Positions 62,530 to 64,000 of a DNA stretch of 64,000 nt are shown here, in pieces. Both the position numbers and the translations under genes were made by a program. Source of the DNA: Paraspadella gotoi (Eukaryota > Animalia > Chaetognatha). How positions within the stretch are numbered: the first letter of the stretch is position 1; each line of letters starts with the position of its first letter. The notes beneath the pieces are model-generated. The model saw only the letters and a list, made by a program, of their open reading frames with translations. It was not told the origin of the DNA and ran no database searches. Where the stretch lies: the NCBI GenBank assembly GCA_051294375.1, contig CM119263.1, positions 62,001 to 126,000 on the forward strand, written 5' to 3'.

Positions 62530-64000
62530 AATATTTTACAATTGTCAAAAATCTTAATAAAATATAAGATTTAATTTTATACGATAAAAGTTAAATTAAA
62601 AATTTAAGCGTTTGTTCTCTTTTTTCCTACTACATTTTTTTTATTTTTATACAATTTCATTTCTTTTTTTATTTTTATTTTTATTTTTACAATTAATCCT
62701 CGTGAAAGGATTTGGGTCGAACAACACATTTCGTCCTTTTCCTCATTTTTTTTTTCATGATCCTGAAAATTCCCCTTGAGGTTTTCCCCCGCGAGGATGT
62801 CGGCGCCGCCTCCCACCGCCCGCCGCCTCCGCCGCCTCCACCGCCGCCGCCTCCGCCGCTCCACCGCCGCCGCCCTCCCACCGTCACCGCCCACCACCGC
62901 CGCAACCGCCGCCGCCGCCCGCGCCATCCTCTTCCACCCACCGAGGCGCCGAGATTTTGATAGAAAAAAACTTCCGTCGTTCGCATCATAATGAAGTTGG
63001 GAGAGAAAATAGAGATAGAGCGACGCGTCGACGCATTCATTAGTTTACTTATTTTTCTTTCGCAGCTTTATCAATTATTGGTTAAACTATCTTGTGAAAA
63101 ATCTACCACAAATTTGTTAATTGTTCAAGATTAGCTCTGACAACCAAAAATAAAATTCGTTGTACTTTTGTTTTGAAATTAATTTTGTTTAAGTTTCAAT
63201 CTCCGCTGCTCAAATCTTGAAAAACTTCTCTTTAATTGTTTAATTTTAATTGAAGTCGAATAATCTTTAATCGAATGTATATTCCGAATCCTACATATTA
63301 TACAGTTAGTTATATTACTTACATACCCAGGAAGATCGTAAATTAGGCGCAAAGCGAATATTTTTAGAAATAAAAGCAACGAAAGCTCAATCAAAAATGT
63401 TGATTTTTCTTCAAATAAAGAATTTTTTTTAGATTCTCGCAAAGCTTTTCATTTACATGTATAACTATTTTAATTCCTGCCACCCCAAGCCTTTCTCCTC
63501 CTCCTCCTCCTCCTCCTCCTCCTCCTCCTCCTCCGATCTCTTTCGTTTCAATTCTTTCTTACCTTTTTTTCCTTTTTACATTCAACTCTTAACTCTCTAA
63601 TTCATTTTCTCTTCACTCTCTTCACCAATTCTGTACAATTCCTGTCCCTTTCTTACTCTCTTGTCTATCTTACTCTCTTGTCTATCCTCTATCTTATCCA
63701 TCCTACCCAATTCTATCCAATTCCTATCCATTTCTTACTCTCCGCGGTTCAAAATAATTCGTGGTCGATTGAAATAGGTCTATAAAAAGAAGGAGCTCAA
63801 TTTCAAAATTGTCGAAACGAAACGAAGAGGCCAGTAAAATGCGTTAAAACTGTCTAGAATATGAGAAACGCCTTTTCTTACCTAGATGTGCTTTTGGCGT
63901 CGGTTTTCTTCTTTTACGACTTCGGTTTATTTTCTTTCCTCCTTTTTTTCTTTCTTTCTTACCTTTCCTCCTTTTTCTTTCCTAATTTTTCTTTCCTCCT

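Overview
This is eukaryotic DNA, inferred to be from an invertebrate animal, taken from a draft assembly. It is AT-rich, saturated with microsatellites ((GA)n, (GAC)n, (ATT)n), and has GT-AG spliceosomal introns. Most ORFs in the supplied track are simple-repeat artefacts. Two protein-coding genes are supported, both on the minus strand. The first is the 5' part of a spliced two-pore-domain K+ channel (K2P, TWK-7/TWK-18-like): the TM1 and cap exons lie at 3678-4176 and link by compatible intron phases to upstream exons reaching 16885, implying an N-terminus of over 600 aa. Its pore exons appear to lie left of the window. The second is a single-exon tetraspanin at 50004-50753. Non-coding items of interest are a tRNA-headed SINE-like element with a twister-ribozyme-like module (30294-30540, copy at 38756), a Penelope-like remnant with a minimal hammerhead-like motif (about 9850-10331), a second tRNA-derived SINE, DINE-1/HINE-like elements and many minisatellites. 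Several kb-scale tandem duplications sit beside N gaps, four of which are exactly 25 N, and carry indel-type noise. They are most likely long-read gap-filling artefacts. No CRISPR array, rRNA or intact tRNA was seen. All family assignments are by eye, without database searches.
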